A DNA stretch of 64,000 bases from an uncultured virus (IMG/VR IMGVR_UViG_3300034159_000040) (Duplodnaviria > Heunggongvirae > Uroviricota > Caudoviricetes). This document shows, piece after piece, positions 40,401 to 46,277 of the stretch. How positions within the stretch are numbered: the stretch's first letter is position 1; every line of letters begins with the position of its first letter. The notes beneath the pieces were generated by a model. It worked only from the letters and a program-made list of their open reading frames with translations, did not search any database and was not told the origin of the DNA. Made by a program: the position numbers and the translations under genes. The stretch lies in IMG/VR virus record IMGVR_UViG_3300034159_000040; one strand, given 5' to 3'.

Positions 40401-42771
40401 CCTGAGCCCGCTGCGCGAGGACGCGGTGCAGCGCTTCCAGGAGGCGCGGCACATGGTCACGCTGATGCGCGGGGAGCATGGCGCAGACCAGGTGGCAGAC
40501 ACCGCGGCGCAGCAGGCCCTGACGCGCGCTCAGAAGGCCCTGGACGGTGCTACTGCCAAGACCTATACCAAGGCGCACGCCGACCTGACGGCGGCGCAGA
40601 AAGCCCAGCAGGGCACCGCGCGGGCCTTGGCGCAGTCCACCAGGAATCTGGACGCGGCCGAGATGGGGCTCAAGCAAGCCGACGCCCTTGTCAAGAAGAT
40701 CGACGCCACCCAGGCGAGCATCGACGGCATCGCCGAGCGGGTCGCGGATCTGAAGGACAATGCCTATTTCCCGCTGATGCGCTTCGGTCAGTTCGCGGTC
40801 ACGGTATGGGCTGAGGAGACTGACCCGGTGACCGGGCAGACCGAGCGCAAGGTGGTGTTCTTCCGCAAGTACGCCTCTGAAGCCGAGCAGATGGACGCCT
40901 TCAAGGCGATCGATGCGGCCAAGGGACCGGGGGAGGAGGTCCACCACGGCATCACCAGCGAGGAGGGCCACAAGCTGTTCCGCGGGCTCAACATGGACAC
41001 CCTCGCGCTCTTCGCCGACCACATCGATACCACCAGCCAGGACGGCAAAGACACCGCGGCGCTGATGCAGCAGTACATCCGGCTCGCCGCGGCCGAGGCA
41101 TCGGCGCTGAAGCGCACCCTGCACCGCGAGGGCATCGCCGGCTACTCGCCCGAGGCGCAGCGGGTGTTGGCCAGCTACATCGTCAGCAACGCCCGGCTCG
41201 CCTCCAACAACCTGCACGCCGGGGACGTGGGCTATGCCATCGACGCGATCCCCCAGGGCCACGGGGATCTGCGCGACTACGCCATCAACCTGCGCGACTA
41301 CCTGGCCGATCCGGGCGAGGAGTTCGCCGGGCTGCGGCAGTTTATGTTCGCCTGGTACCTGGGGGCGTCGGTGTCCTCCGCGCTGACCAACCTCAGCCAG
41401 GTGCCGATGGTCACCGCCCCCTACCTGACCCATCAGCCGGGAAACGTGACGCGGCTCTTGAAGAACGCTTATGCCCAGGTGCTCAAGGGGCGCAAGGGGC
41501 GGCCGGACCCGGCGACGGCGCTCGGCAAAGCCTACCTGCAGGCCGAGCAGGAGGGGCTGATCTCGCCCCAGGGCATCTACAACCTGATGGCGACGGCGCG
41601 CGGCGGGACGCTGAGCCCAAGCGGCTTCATGAGCGGCCCCAACGCGCAGTTTGTGATGACGGTATGGGGGGGGTTCTTTTCGCTCGCCGAGCAAGCAAAC
41701 CGTCAGGTGACGTTCATCGCCGCCTACAACCAGGCGCTCGGCAACGGACTGAAGGACGCGGGCGCCTATGACTATGCCGCCGAGGCGGTGAACCAGACGC
41801 AGTTCGTCATGCGCAAGGAGAACCGGCCGGTGTGGGCGCGCGGGCTTGGCGCTCCGCTGTTCACCTTCAAAATGTTCACCGTAAACTACCTCGAACTGCT
41901 CGCGCGGATGCCGCTGAAGCAACGCTCGCTGATGCTGGCCGCCCTGGTAGTCGGGGCCGGACTCGGGGGACTGCCGGGCGCCGACGACGCCGAGGACATC
42001 ATCGACACCCTGATGCAGTGGTTCGGGCACAACTTCCAGTCTAAGGAGGAACTGGACCGGTGGGCCAACGCCCTGCTGGGCGAGGCTATCGGCCCCGTGG
42101 TCACTCATGGCATCAGCCGCGCCGGGTTGCCGTTCGACATCGCCAGTCGTGTCGGCATGGGCAACCTGATCCCCGGCACCGGGATACTGAAGCCAGGCAA
42201 CATCGGATCGGCCCGCGAGCAGTCGGAGTTGTGGGGGCCGATCGCCGGCATCGTCAAGGATCTCGGTACCGCCACCGAGCAGGCCGCGCGCGGCAACTGG
42301 AGCCGGGCCGCCTACGCCGCCATGCCGCGCGCCATCAAGGGCCTGGTGGATGGGACCTCGGCGATCCTCACCGGTGAGGCGCAAGACCGGTTTGGCACGC
42401 CGCTGATTCCGCTCTCGCGCACCGAGTCGATCTTCAAGGCGATCGGCTTCAACCCCGTGCGCGTGGCGCAGTTCAACGAGCAGAAGTACAGCATCCTGGA
42501 GCGCGACACCTACCGCAAGAAAATGGAGTCGGCCTACATGGACCACATGGCGCGCGCGGCACTCAAGGGCGATGCCGCCGGGGTGCAGGCGGCCAAGGAG
42601 CAGATTGCGGGGTGGAACAAGACCAACCCGGAGACCCCGATCAAGTGGACCCATGCCCAACTGCGCCAGCGGGTGAAGTCGCTGAAGTTGACCAGCAGCG
42701 CGCGGTTCCTGAAGGCGCTGTCTCCGGAACTCAGGCAGGAGGCGGCGGCAGCGTTCGGGGCTGGGGGTTAG
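25474..42771 (+). CDS. giant polyvalent DarB-like virion protein (LPD1/MPTase, N6A-MTase, SNF2 helicase, second MPTase, ART-like, PLxRFG)
   Basis: HEWGH (31276), YWKRPQELWAR, DPSCGVG (32788), NVPF (32983), HEVGTGKT (34951), DEAQ (35476), QRNGR, HEAFH (37972), WFGNS..YRGD..GFFF (about 39280-39430), PLMRFG (40771). Confidence 0.9.
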   Translation: MGDQGPSAFDVWQQTGIIPPAPAAPKPQASAASAFGLMPALDVPAAPAFGMPPPVVPPVVPPAQPFTAPAPPPPAPSKPALSAFDQWQQTGVIPPASTAAAPTPAPAPTAFEPPAAAPPIAATPDRAADPYAFRPGEAPDQYVKRQQIANMGDVEAGLRGGLESVKSLGYGALAAGADAVGADRVKGWALQGYRDTEKAAAPYQEGRPASLEDIKLGESGGIGRAVDWAQYQFGNVLPSIAETVVAGAIGAAVGSSVPGAGTAVGTVASAAGKGLAKDWIKGQVAKYVAADVAKGVAADVAQQAAHKAVAGQIGTRLGMLASGYQMGLGDVYSETLNADQTDGNAGIAFVAALPYAVLDAVTEIGILDRIGKGVGADSLTKFAGAIFKEAGTTALKEGVTEAAQEAVLLAAGIAEGKTYTSDEVLSRLGNAGAAGAVAGGGMGGISGLARGMQQTPEQIAAAGAQQIQAEPDPAKREALRQAAVTAAAAAMGQGGKPPAAAPTPPSVNPNAGPLTNAADLAIATGATNVAAQSDQTQSTSPVSTATPLGGGGNLTDAAAVPGNIQSGAQGIPGSTDAVGNPADRGTTQAPAGVTGAPTGEPPPGPQPPTTPPVLPAPADPATTSTAEQIKAGMAALAQGAGYAGQLRTAELVAKHGETPLAKPESIAAAKASPLYHVRDNPDGTASIIGAVHPDTGQWVGVAPPGAPNVAIPPAPFVSGNETGATQQPPGADVGVPGSGARETLDGAGATPAPGAPLAVPQPPGAPAPELRPADLAATPEGPPVAPTPAAQPPVDLAPTPTPPATAAPVAAAPETVDPFKPIIEKIKDGSASLEEAKALDAEFVKRAYSIINDPNVVIRRLNSEPLTAHEQWAYDFLKSKERKLTPAQGELLDKLFWPQNLSSTPETPANGPERPPQADQTEQGAPPAVPAGTQRQAAGAPEPQGAAGADGRLEGAAVPVAPTHEAADGAPLWATATPGLYLDADGIETADRYATPVTTTPTGAPPNGQATHTTASTDATPGARGEAKPPGQGEGPGQGTGSGLGQTTTPATGDQTNVEASPTPESLRPAEGQGRRKGQGQGQTAGQRVAPTAATEGPTAAPIAREIAGQPRAYNLGRAAALDGKPSPKVPRTAFARGYADVQAEQARRKPTVPTPAAPVGKESLTTAPAAGKAPKNMGDLGAEVHANRFVKKLHDAGISAARVWTKEKIGTRIYLPGNSGYMTISDDGTLSDSDRSKVAYEPNQLYPKQRQAIAKAVKEYRKESTALGDEIFARNESTYTAATDKESLPVGADQTQPQPTSTPQTPAAPVEPGAVVEPAAKPDGNDTTAIVNAAIDSELDALFGVASDAAPPATPTPGPSRTAGRAAVRAGANVGKGLSEIASGLTALFGSPGRLGSGLTFDETSYEKAKPLFIAGVAHFKEAATDISEMVKLLVRALVKDHGLQRETIENMRPYIQRFVQDVQSGAVTLGEQPQEEPTVEPPTETPVATGEQEPIPEPTPTPEPPPTTEGPGEQTKPEKVKTPKKTTGEAKTPRVKKTTPADAKVPRGAKDRGAGTVLVRPMDAIRRALAALRATDPKHYVEAALKAATPGKVWDLPAVREGVTPGTLRAQEWLRGQLLSPLEYLGAKHGGALGKYRTSYADAIVRWLNGAERNSDRETARAAFESEVADYITTVEALGAKLSGAGNVAQVAAAMQEYLTPNAVERAKFMDMDEDGRVEGRWGRTKLFDYTVAEQADAYGKRLLEMLRAPRDKRGHKLDRIDTYFLQETNEKSPWYGFLKGEADTVTKLIEPKRPVLKKIVREGFKDVLQGREPTSELVKAEFNFAAVPVGNYVTSTSGAAHLTGSFEGLHDLAELIGADPKTDLSFGGELHYSIGKLGRGGKASAFFAPAWPIFRVTEDGKEALDDNGMPIVDGHVKAINITKAAGDGSVAHEWGHALDDALDATPEGRRMTALVKAALMHRLDPARLESVLDSILTGARSDVGYGFDTKTKRGRLDAAAAFLENDGWEFPKYGIKRETDFYDQATQLGDYWKRPQELWARSWEASIYDWMGAERRSDYLVSDFVKEGQYTKGLMYSGTPYPTGTERIAFSAMWHEMLKHVTWVDGKPKALGSFQDPLTAQRDAIRALAEELKADLRARYAALNGIESADKHYWYAYTEDRRGPGAQPPGFAAYDDAHRQGEATEALGAVAYLEPLGPEEINSFLLEPFQHEAGPSTTYLTEDERGNQVDRVGAPGVVGSEDQPTGGVRGPGAGGNAAGDLRDDSGSGEGSGRGTDITGTAVQPGDGTGVQQPAEGPDGTGGTGDATAIPATGNFSVTRPDDLIPSGKAEAFADNIRAIRLLKEIEAAGRMATPAEQAILVQFHGWGGIANELFSYRRLEPAWQRRFDALEQLLSYEEMTAARASTVNANYTDPAVVRAMWSTLERMGFAGGKVLDPSCGVGYFFAMMPKEMEAASKLMAIDLDPISARLASQVLQRTAVKQSGFEDVKLPERYFDLVVSNVPFADFAPVDKKYNPGKRFLHDYFFLKSIELVRPGGIVAFITSRGTLDKIAKGGPEVRAALAAKADLIGAVRLPENAFKEAGMTTVTTDIIFLRRKAGDKTDLTETWGESQPMELAGMEDVRAVTLDKEAGDERGTYGQKTANVNEYYHRHPEQMATRMIWRAGRYGNAYEPAMEPSDQPIGETVLPLLARLPGAVMMEEGQAAFADESMYAVSAEVGDVKDGGFAEHEGALWVKREGMLYPLDPPLKADDQARVRGYLEVMKGRRAVLNAELRQADDQELKRLRQGLRKQYDAFVKAHGPLNLKENAKAFWSDPDAPAVLALEHWDAEAQKVGRLADIFTERVVAIRQAPTHADSPLDALAAALNYRGRVDWKYMQSLTGQPFEAVREGLRGTVYNDPLAGWVTADAYLSGNVREKLTAAKTAAEVDDAYQENVAALEAIQPPDLTPQEIHANLGANWVPAETVRDFVSHLLDLNYRGQDALIVSYARPTGKWHVQIGGENGAAANRNQAAILSSTPATVTWGTKRAHLLDLLDLALNGGVPRVTDPVEYFEDGRRKVRQVVNEEQTEAARAKLEAIRDEFQRWTWADRYRSEAMGRVYNDLRNAEVLRKFQHPYYVAAKPQEAFPGQSPHEQLRDYQAGAVWRIQQDLDAYLGHEVGTGKTFEMITAGMELKRTGVKKKPMYAVLGSTVGQFRAEFLRLYPNANILTIHIGDNARQRRLALGRIANNNWDAVIVTHESFNRIPVSPDTEMKRIAQELEDLEEALRGARETDTGGGSWSARGKKPPSQAVKALEKAKKRLESKLKTLGDIREKDQGTSFEDLGVDMLFVDEAQEYKNLAFYTKLQGQVKGLGNPKGSGRAWGLFMKARYLQDTFGGGVVLASGTPVSNSVAEVYTIQRYLDYPALRASGLHHFDRWASEYGDIGVASEYAPEGGGFREVVRFRRFYNAPEMLRAVYRRLDVMTAAEAGVPRPAMTGGAPEQIVVPQTPTLAAFQETLIVRAKRVRKNPRQALPDNMLNIVTDGRKAAMDMRMIDPANPDEADSKTNKAVDTVFREYQRTTGISVKDPTDPKKTIKIDGVALVFADLGVPNKEGRFSIYDELKRKLIERGIPAAEIAFAQETSGSTDVRRAARLAQHGRVRAGKIRVYIGSTSTMGTGVNVQTRVSLLLHMDVWWNLSNWLQRNGRGIRFGNLFSEVKVLNIGAERTVDTFVWDKVQQKGIIVDKILSKNLIERTIEDVSQDTMSAGEAMAAFSGDPRIKRRADLQADVRRMAALERAYQEARRDVFGRLNRAKAWVKQALAETPEQGEYRDQLEDLTIDGGLLIFEPKRATATAFSFQEDAQNKRAGDITKALIAAYQGQANKLRAQDSAAYDQADKDWHDNPKNKGTLLPWSNYPTRHHLPPLSVGIFAGHGISATWTVKDNTRLEPHADDFVSILATKRGSYEFGADTTPRTLAQGLLAHIEGKNQDRIVGLKEAQREIPRLEAEYSKPFAQADELRDKADELDRLTADLLLSTEDKSVVVDAAAEEQADAADQGEDEESVDDQGEALFSLGNLPGVPTQTRTRSPDLPRLTQAFLDAKLQPLFAKLKGLSRAADLRVVQTEGELPAAAVAGLREARKANPSATAKAVFIPGEKGAKGTIWAVADNLADVRDGIVTVLSHEAFHSGLRQAFGPTLNPFLDELIADRQADVALYARARGLSMENLDERREAADEFLAHLAEVNAQADLPFLRRVYAAIRAWLRKAGFVLHFSDADLREIVAGVAQYNRTGEDRVRAQLRARFGQMAGERTGGWRFSTGRADTEFAPEYLADVGVDNQADPRLVPSSQAKEFDAGKTVTLYRAMSMIDGKLYPPMSAKMTDEMGNLALRKPEPVGKWMRSEERPDLVPTDGMYKGQFPLKKPGGGTTWALYAPYFHASPVPLNDQFTAAWKNDGVERPQLVTVEVEVPISEITSGYQAEGSVKKVGPNKWNSGVVASKVPGGREVVLSRYLRIKRVVPDSEVAQKIAAIVNKNRLSIPENTVTPQLRAELEKNGVRIARKGTKGDDIRYATGRAGEPSGTAGEFTESAYRPAVVAWAKARFGEQRAPDGGLAWQNFARWFGNSAMVDQAGEPVALYRGDKDPTFTTFEPDKMGTNTRTEGSKIGFFFTPNRMFAISPQYGGEVRAFYSNSENPYFVKLKNRQIETQLLSDSDKIDTNPQKVRSWLLDRGYDSVMIEGATADKHMELIILKSENVKSATDNTGAFGPSPDIRYALGGAPAGPRVASTPTLTSRIAAAFERYAPYGYNIPGRATSKRVRGWDKTVGTPRNLALNQPEFRPVYDGLSRQADSNSSYAMEAEALAPHWFTQMEQGPRAAWRSAKLVRGAMSPRELAAVQLALNEGTLAEHRYSPAELQARGLNARQVASYTQALAATHRSLDSTAQTFQAGALRALLEELHPDLPPPVRHAMSGRLSRLILGENVAEAASNAEQALSPLREDAVQRFQEARHMVTLMRGEHGADQVADTAAQQALTRAQKALDGATAKTYTKAHADLTAAQKAQQGTARALAQSTRNLDAAEMGLKQADALVKKIDATQASIDGIAERVADLKDNAYFPLMRFGQFAVTVWAEETDPVTGQTERKVVFFRKYASEAEQMDAFKAIDAAKGPGEEVHHGITSEEGHKLFRGLNMDTLALFADHIDTTSQDGKDTAALMQQYIRLAAAEASALKRTLHREGIAGYSPEAQRVLASYIVSNARLASNNLHAGDVGYAIDAIPQGHGDLRDYAINLRDYLADPGEEFAGLRQFMFAWYLGASVSSALTNLSQVPMVTAPYLTHQPGNVTRLLKNAYAQVLKGRKGRPDPATALGKAYLQAEQEGLISPQGIYNLMATARGGTLSPSGFMSGPNAQFVMTVWGGFFSLAEQANRQVTFIAAYNQALGNGLKDAGAYDYAAEAVNQTQFVMRKENRPVWARGLGAPLFTFKMFTVNYLELLARMPLKQRSLMLAALVVGAGLGGLPGADDAEDIIDTLMQWFGHNFQSKEELDRWANALLGEAIGPVVTHGISRAGLPFDIASRVGMGNLIPGTGILKPGNIGSAREQSELWGPIAGIVKDLGTATEQAARGNWSRAAYAAMPRAIKGLVDGTSAILTGEAQDRFGTPLIPLSRTESIFKAIGFNPVRVAQFNEQKYSILERDTYRKKMESAYMDHMARAALKGDAAGVQAAKEQIAGWNKTNPETPIKWTHAQLRQRVKSLKLTSSARFLKALSPELRQEAAAAFGAGG
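27056..27253 (+). CDS. nested +1-frame ORF A (65 aa, Arg-rich)
   Basis: GGAG(27046)-ctacca-ATG; MSRRNQTKRKARRRFQ...LKHLLV. Confidence 0.5.
   Translation: MSRRNQTKRKARRRFQLQRRWAGAEILRMRRQYRETFNRGRKEYLDRQMRSGIPPIEVRLKHLLV
27596..27856 (+). CDS. nested +1-frame ORF B (86 aa, Arg/Trp-rich)
   Basis: GGAG(27586)-ccccca-ATG; MSPFRLRRLYPETKLEQLN... Confidence 0.5.
   Translation: MSPFRLRRLYPETKLEQLNSRLGLMWGYRDLVLGKHWMAQERRRRQARHWLYRNRQVHRRLNFDRPTWQQRLKGRLWPPHRPHSRP
28202..28354 (+). CDS. nested +1-frame ORF C (50 aa, Lys/Arg/Pro-rich)
   Basis: GGAG(28188)-N10-ATG; nearly all codons end in G/C in this frame. Confidence 0.55.
   Translation: MAQKDPRKPTKPSKGRPPPFPPERSAKQQGRPNRKERREPTGAWKGPLFL
28493..28606 (+). 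CDS. nested +1-frame ORF D (37 aa)
   Basis: GGAG(28480)-N9-ATG; MAKPPTPPPPQTPRQERGEKPSRQDKAKDRGKGPDRD. Confidence 0.5.
   Translation: MAKPPTPPPPQTPRQERGEKPSRQDKAKDRGKGPDRD
28643..28741 (+). CDS. nested +1-frame ORF E (32 aa, Gly/Lys-rich)
   Basis: GGAG(28630)-N9-ATG; MSKHHQPLKACAPPKGKGGAKGKGKGKPPARG. Confidence 0.5.
   Translation: MSKHHQPLKACAPPKGKGGAKGKGKGKPPARG
32156..32452 (+). CDS. nested +1-frame ORF F, TnpV-like (98 aa)
   Basis: GAGGA(32146)-N5-GTG; GW....LKTNRPAAFAALEQAGTL......QEAA....AMELV resembles the TnpV pattern. Confidence 0.6.
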   Translation: METKLTGWAHQVWLDLKTNRPAAFAALEQAGTLRETCVTIQEAAKDQGAELTSRGLPYNQAMELVFNNLLRVPTEQEEPETPLRFRPPAISPSPALMI

Positions 42772-43115
42772 GGCAGCGCCGGCGCGGGATGCCCCGTCGC
42801 TTGATCCAGGTCGTATTTCCAGACGAACACACCAGCCGGTAATCGTTCCAGCGCGGCCTTGTCGATCCGCTCGGCTGCACAGAACGATCTCCAGTCGGCC
42901 AGCCATTGCCGCCGGGGATAGGCGGTATACCGATTGAGTTTGGGTCCCGCGCGATAGGTATCCAACGACCCTAAGATCGCATCCCACGTTTCGCGTCGAC
43001 CAGGAATCTCCCGGACACGCTCCCAGTCGATGCAGAACGGCAGGGCGCGCACCGGGAGCGCCGGCTTCCCGGCGATGACGACGACGACGTTCATCGGGGA
43101 CCGGGGGCTAGTCAT
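42768..43115 (-). CDS. hypothetical protein
   Basis: Last gene of the leftward arm, convergent with the giant gene; ALPVRALPF..LPAGVFVW. Confidence 0.55.
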   Translation of the reverse strand: MTSPRSPMNVVVVIAGKPALPVRALPFCIDWERVREIPGRRETWDAILGSLDTYRAGPKLNRYTAYPRRQWLADWRSFCAAERIDKAALERLPAGVFVWKYDLDQATGHPAPALP

Positions 43116-43350
43116 GGCGGTCGCTCGACTCGGGCAGCATCCGCCCCTCGGCGTTGGCGATGAACTCCTTGAGCGCCACCAGCATGTCCTCGCGCACGGC
43201 GTTGCTGATGTAGTTCATCCGCCCCTGGGTGGTGTTGCGGTCGAACACCAGCAGGCAGAACCCGCCGCCGTGCAGCGCATGGTCCAAGATGCGCCCGATC
43301 TCGTTCATCTCGACGGCGTACTTTTCCTCGATGGGTTCTTTCATGCTCAA
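43108..43350 (-). CDS. hypothetical phage protein
   Basis: GFCLLVF..GRMNYISNA.REDM motif common in small phage proteins. Confidence 0.7.
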   Translation of the reverse strand: MSMKEPIEEKYAVEMNEIGRILDHALHGGGFCLLVFDRNTTQGRMNYISNAVREDMLVALKEFIANAEGRMLPESSDRHD

Positions 43351-43399
43351 AGCCTTCTTCGTCTATAATTAGTAGGTTATCCCACCCCCAGGCGACCCT

Positions 43400-43888
43400 A
43401 TGCCCAAGCCCGCCGACTACGACGACTACCAACAAGCCGCCTACTGGCGCCTCACCGGAACCCCCGAGCATCGCCTGCGCGAGTGCGAGCGGCTGTTGCG
43501 CGCGGCCCAGGCCGAAGTGGATCGGCTGCACCTGGTCGCCGATCACCTGGGGCACACCAAGGTGACGATCCACAATCTCTATCTCGGGTCGTTCGCGGCC
43601 CCACCCCATCTGCTCGACCACCTGGACGCGCAGCTCTCCGCCATCCACACGAGGCTTTCCGCTATGTCCGTCTCCCTCGACGCCCTGACCGAACAAGTCA
43701 CCGCCATTGAAACCGTCGCCGACTCGGCGATCACCCTGCTCAACGGGATTTCCCAGCAACTCAAGGACGCCCTGGCCAGCAATGATCCGACGGCCGTGCA
43801 GGCACTCAGCGATCGTTTGGCGGCGCAGTCTCAGGAACTGGCCGATGCGATCACGGCCAATACGCCGGCCGAGGATGAACCGGTCTGA
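43400..43888 (+). CDS. coiled-coil hypothetical protein
   Basis: C-terminal SAITLLNG..LADAITANTP helical domain; counter-oriented; TATAAT at 43364 upstream. Confidence 0.6.
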   Translation: MPKPADYDDYQQAAYWRLTGTPEHRLRECERLLRAAQAEVDRLHLVADHLGHTKVTIHNLYLGSFAAPPHLLDHLDAQLSAIHTRLSAMSVSLDALTEQVTAIETVADSAITLLNGISQQLKDALASNDPTAVQALSDRLAAQSQELADAITANTPAEDEPV

Positions 43889-43913
43889 TCGTGACGCGGG
43901 GCTCCGGCCCCGC

Positions 43914-44144
43914 CTAATGCCGCGGCGAAAACCGCGCCACAACTTGTTTCGGTTCCTGGCAGTCTTTGGTCGCCGCCTCCAGGTAGCCTTGGACCTGCTC
44001 CAATGGCGCCAGCCCCTTCATCAACGCGATGCCGATGTTGACCAGCACCTCAGCGGCAGCGAGGTGTTGCTCCGCGGGAACCTCCGCAAGCGCGGCCATG
44101 ATGCGATCGACGGTCGCGCCCACATCCAGTCCGTCGTTATCCAT
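43914..44144 (-). CDS. hypothetical protein
   Basis: ATG with GGAGAGG RBS; coupled within the leftward operon. Confidence 0.55.
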   Translation of the reverse strand: MDNDGLDVGATVDRIMAALAEVPAEQHLAAAEVLVNIGIALMKGLAPLEQVQGYLEAATKDCQEPKQVVARFSPRH

Positions 44145-44376
44145 TAGCCTCTCCGTCCGCTTCGCCGTCAGGCTTCTGGGCCTCATCTGGCACCGCTTCG
44201 AGAGTGATCTTCACTCCGCGCCAGCCCTTGCAGTCGTCCCGATGAACCGGGAAGAACAGCGTCAGCGGTTGGGTTACGCTCATTGGCGCAAGCGGTGACC
44301 TCAGCATCGACTCGGCCACCAATTGCACGCCGAATGGATTCAGGCCAACCGCGTGCAAGTCGTTCATGATATTCAT
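44137..44376 (-). CDS. hypothetical protein
   Basis: Overlap-coupled ORF MNIMNDLH... Confidence 0.5.
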   Translation of the reverse strand: MNIMNDLHAVGLNPFGVQLVAESMLRSPLAPMSVTQPLTLFFPVHRDDCKGWRGVKITLEAVPDEAQKPDGEADGEANG

Positions 44377-44939
44377 ATCGTCACCCCCGCCAACCGCTGG
44401 GACGCCAGCGCCACGCAGACCACCGCCGCCGACTCGATCGTGTTGCGCCCGCCGTTGTCCCGCTTGTCGTTCGCCATCGCCTCCTCGCGCACGTCCATCA
44501 GCATCTGGAAGACCGCGCGATCCTCTGGCGTCTTGAAGACGCGCTCCGGGCTCCATTGGTTGATCGCCGCGTTGATATCGGCACGATCCCCCTGTAGCCG
44601 ACAGAAGAACAACCGCCGGCAATCGTATTCTCGGCAACTCGCCGGCCGCCGGGCATAGACGCTACACCGACCATCGATCAGGTACGCACAGGCCCCGTCG
44701 TCGGCGTGCGGCAGGATACGGTCGTAGTCGCCTGTCCCTGGTACCGTCTCCAAGGTCTGGTCGTCGCTCGCGCGGACCTCGACGGCATAGCCGTGGCAGC
44801 AGGCGGTGCAGGTCCCGCAGGGCACTGCCAACTCGAAGGGTTCATGGGCCTGATAGGATCGCAGGGCCGCCACGGTGCGGCGCAGCCAGGTGGCGACGGC
44901 TCCGGGGTGTTGGCTGGCCGCAGGGGCTGGGGTGGTCAT
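44373..44939 (-). CDS. YkgJ-family cysteine cluster protein
   Basis: CxxCxxCC (CGTCTACC), CAYL, CSVYARRPASCREYDC. Confidence 0.85.
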   Translation of the reverse strand: MTTPAPAASQHPGAVATWLRRTVAALRSYQAHEPFELAVPCGTCTACCHGYAVEVRASDDQTLETVPGTGDYDRILPHADDGACAYLIDGRCSVYARRPASCREYDCRRLFFCRLQGDRADINAAINQWSPERVFKTPEDRAVFQMLMDVREEAMANDKRDNGGRNTIESAAVVCVALASQRLAGVTI

Positions 44940-45304
44940 GGTGCTTTCCTGGCAATCAGCGCATCGGCGGCGGCGTCAATGTCGGTGATTTGAACGTCAG
45001 CGCTGCCTGCAAGCGTCCAGACACATTTTCCTGTCAACGGATCGAATCCGTATGCGAAATATCCGCTGTCTCGCAGCGCCAGGTATCGCTCGGCGTCGCG
45101 GCGCAGATCTGAATCTGGATCGGTACGGCGCGCGGGCGTCGTCGGTGGCGCGCCCCCCGCGCGGATCAGTTCGGAAATCCGCCACAGCGAGCGGTAACTG
45201 ATCCCGTGGTCGGGCTGGGCGTCAACGATGGCCGCGCAGCGCACACGCTCGGCGGCGACCGCGGCGTTCAGATCGGCATTATCGGCTGGGGCGGGGGCGG
45301 TCAA
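44936..45304 (-). CDS. hypothetical phage protein
   Basis: AAERVRCAAI and RDAERYLALR..IDAAAD motifs typical of Ead-region proteins. Confidence 0.65.
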   Translation of the reverse strand: MTAPAPADNADLNAAVAAERVRCAAIVDAQPDHGISYRSLWRISELIRAGGAPPTTPARRTDPDSDLRRDAERYLALRDSGYFAYGFDPLTGKCVWTLAGSADVQITDIDAAADALIARKAP

Positions 45305-45621
45305 GGGATCTCGCTCCTGCTCAACACGAGACTGCCTGACGTGTCGATCCCTTTACGCTTGCAGTGGCGGATCAGCTTTATAACGTAGGCGTCGACGCTC
45401 GGGACCGTCATTGCACAGTAGTATTGCATCTGCATTTCCAGTCCTCCGTCTTCGATCAGGTAATAAGTCCCCGCGCGTTCGCCGTGATCGTACTCGACGG
45501 TTGCTATGAACGACATGCCGCGCTCCTGGCAGCGGATTGCCAGTGCGGCCAACGCCGGCGCAATCTCGGCGTCATACCACGCTTCGTTTTCCGTTTTTTC
45601 TGGGCTCTCTGGGTCGCTCAT
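45301..45621 (-). CDS. hypothetical phage protein
   Basis: E..YDAEIAP.L....C...GMSF.A.VEY pattern. Confidence 0.65.
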   Translation of the reverse strand: MSDPESPEKTENEAWYDAEIAPALAALAIRCQERGMSFIATVEYDHGERAGTYYLIEDGGLEMQMQYYCAMTVPSVDAYVIKLIRHCKRKGIDTSGSLVLSRSEIP

Positions 45622-45642
45622 AAATTACTCGCTTCGTGAACT

Positions 45643-45670
45643 ATGGCCGATAATACCAATTATGTTAAAT
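45643..45670 (+). other. dif: XerC/XerD dif-like recombination site
   Basis: ATGGCCGATAA-TACCAA-TTATGTTAAAT; XerD arm identical to the canonical dif arm; 11-6-11 geometry; intergenic. Confidence 0.85.
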
Positions 45671-45810
45671 AAATCACGGACTTGCGCTACCGCAAACGAC
45701 GCTGTAACGGCGCGTCCGGGCGCGCGGGCGCGAGTACCACAGGGGCGGCAGCCAGGCCAGCGTCGCGCACCGCGTTTTCCCGACGGGCGGGTCGCGACGC
45801 TTGGCCTAAA

Positions 45811-46077
45811 TTAAATGGCTTGACAGTGCGCTGGTTGGTCATGGTCGGAATCAGGCGGCGCCTGCTCTGCCGCCAACCGCGCCACCGCCGCGGCCTCAGC
45901 CAGCTGCCGGTCCTCACCCCACAGGGTCGCACCGGTGCGGCTGAACTCCCACCACCGCACGCCGGCGACGAAATCGGCGATCCGGCCGCGCCGTAACCGC
46001 TCGACCTCCGCGAAGGCCGCTCGCGCCGCTTGTTCGTCGGACTGGTAGGAAATGCGCCACGCTTCGTAGGTCATCAC
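45811..46077 (-). CDS. hypothetical protein
   Basis: MTYEAWRISYQSDEQAARAA; coupled ORF. Confidence 0.6.
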   Translation of the reverse strand: MMTYEAWRISYQSDEQAARAAFAEVERLRRGRIADFVAGVRWWEFSRTGATLWGEDRQLAEAAAVARLAAEQAPPDSDHDQPAHCQAI

Positions 46078-46277
46078 TCGCCCCCGCCATCCACCACGAA
46101 CCGACCGTAGACCGCCCGAAATCCCCGCGCCTTAGCCGCGGCGATGTCGTCGGCATCCGGCCAACCCAGCACGACCCGCCAGGCCGCGGCCTCGTCCTGG
46201 AAGTCGCTGTCGGCGACCACGCCGCCGGGGCCGATGATGGCCCAGACGCGGTACTCGGTTTCGGTTTGAGAGCCCAT
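46074..46277 (-). CDS. hypothetical protein
   Basis: Coupled ORF; AW..LGWPD..I..AKARG. Confidence 0.55.
   Translation of the reverse strand: MGSQTETEYRVWAIIGPGGVVADSDFQDEAAAWRVVLGWPDADDIAAAKARGFRAVYGRFVVDGGGE

Noticed and set aside
40306..42987. 893-aa antisense ORF and other long reverse-strand ORFs (e.g. 4716-6290, 25450-27069)
   Set aside because: Shadow frames of GC3-rich sense genes; no motifs recognised.
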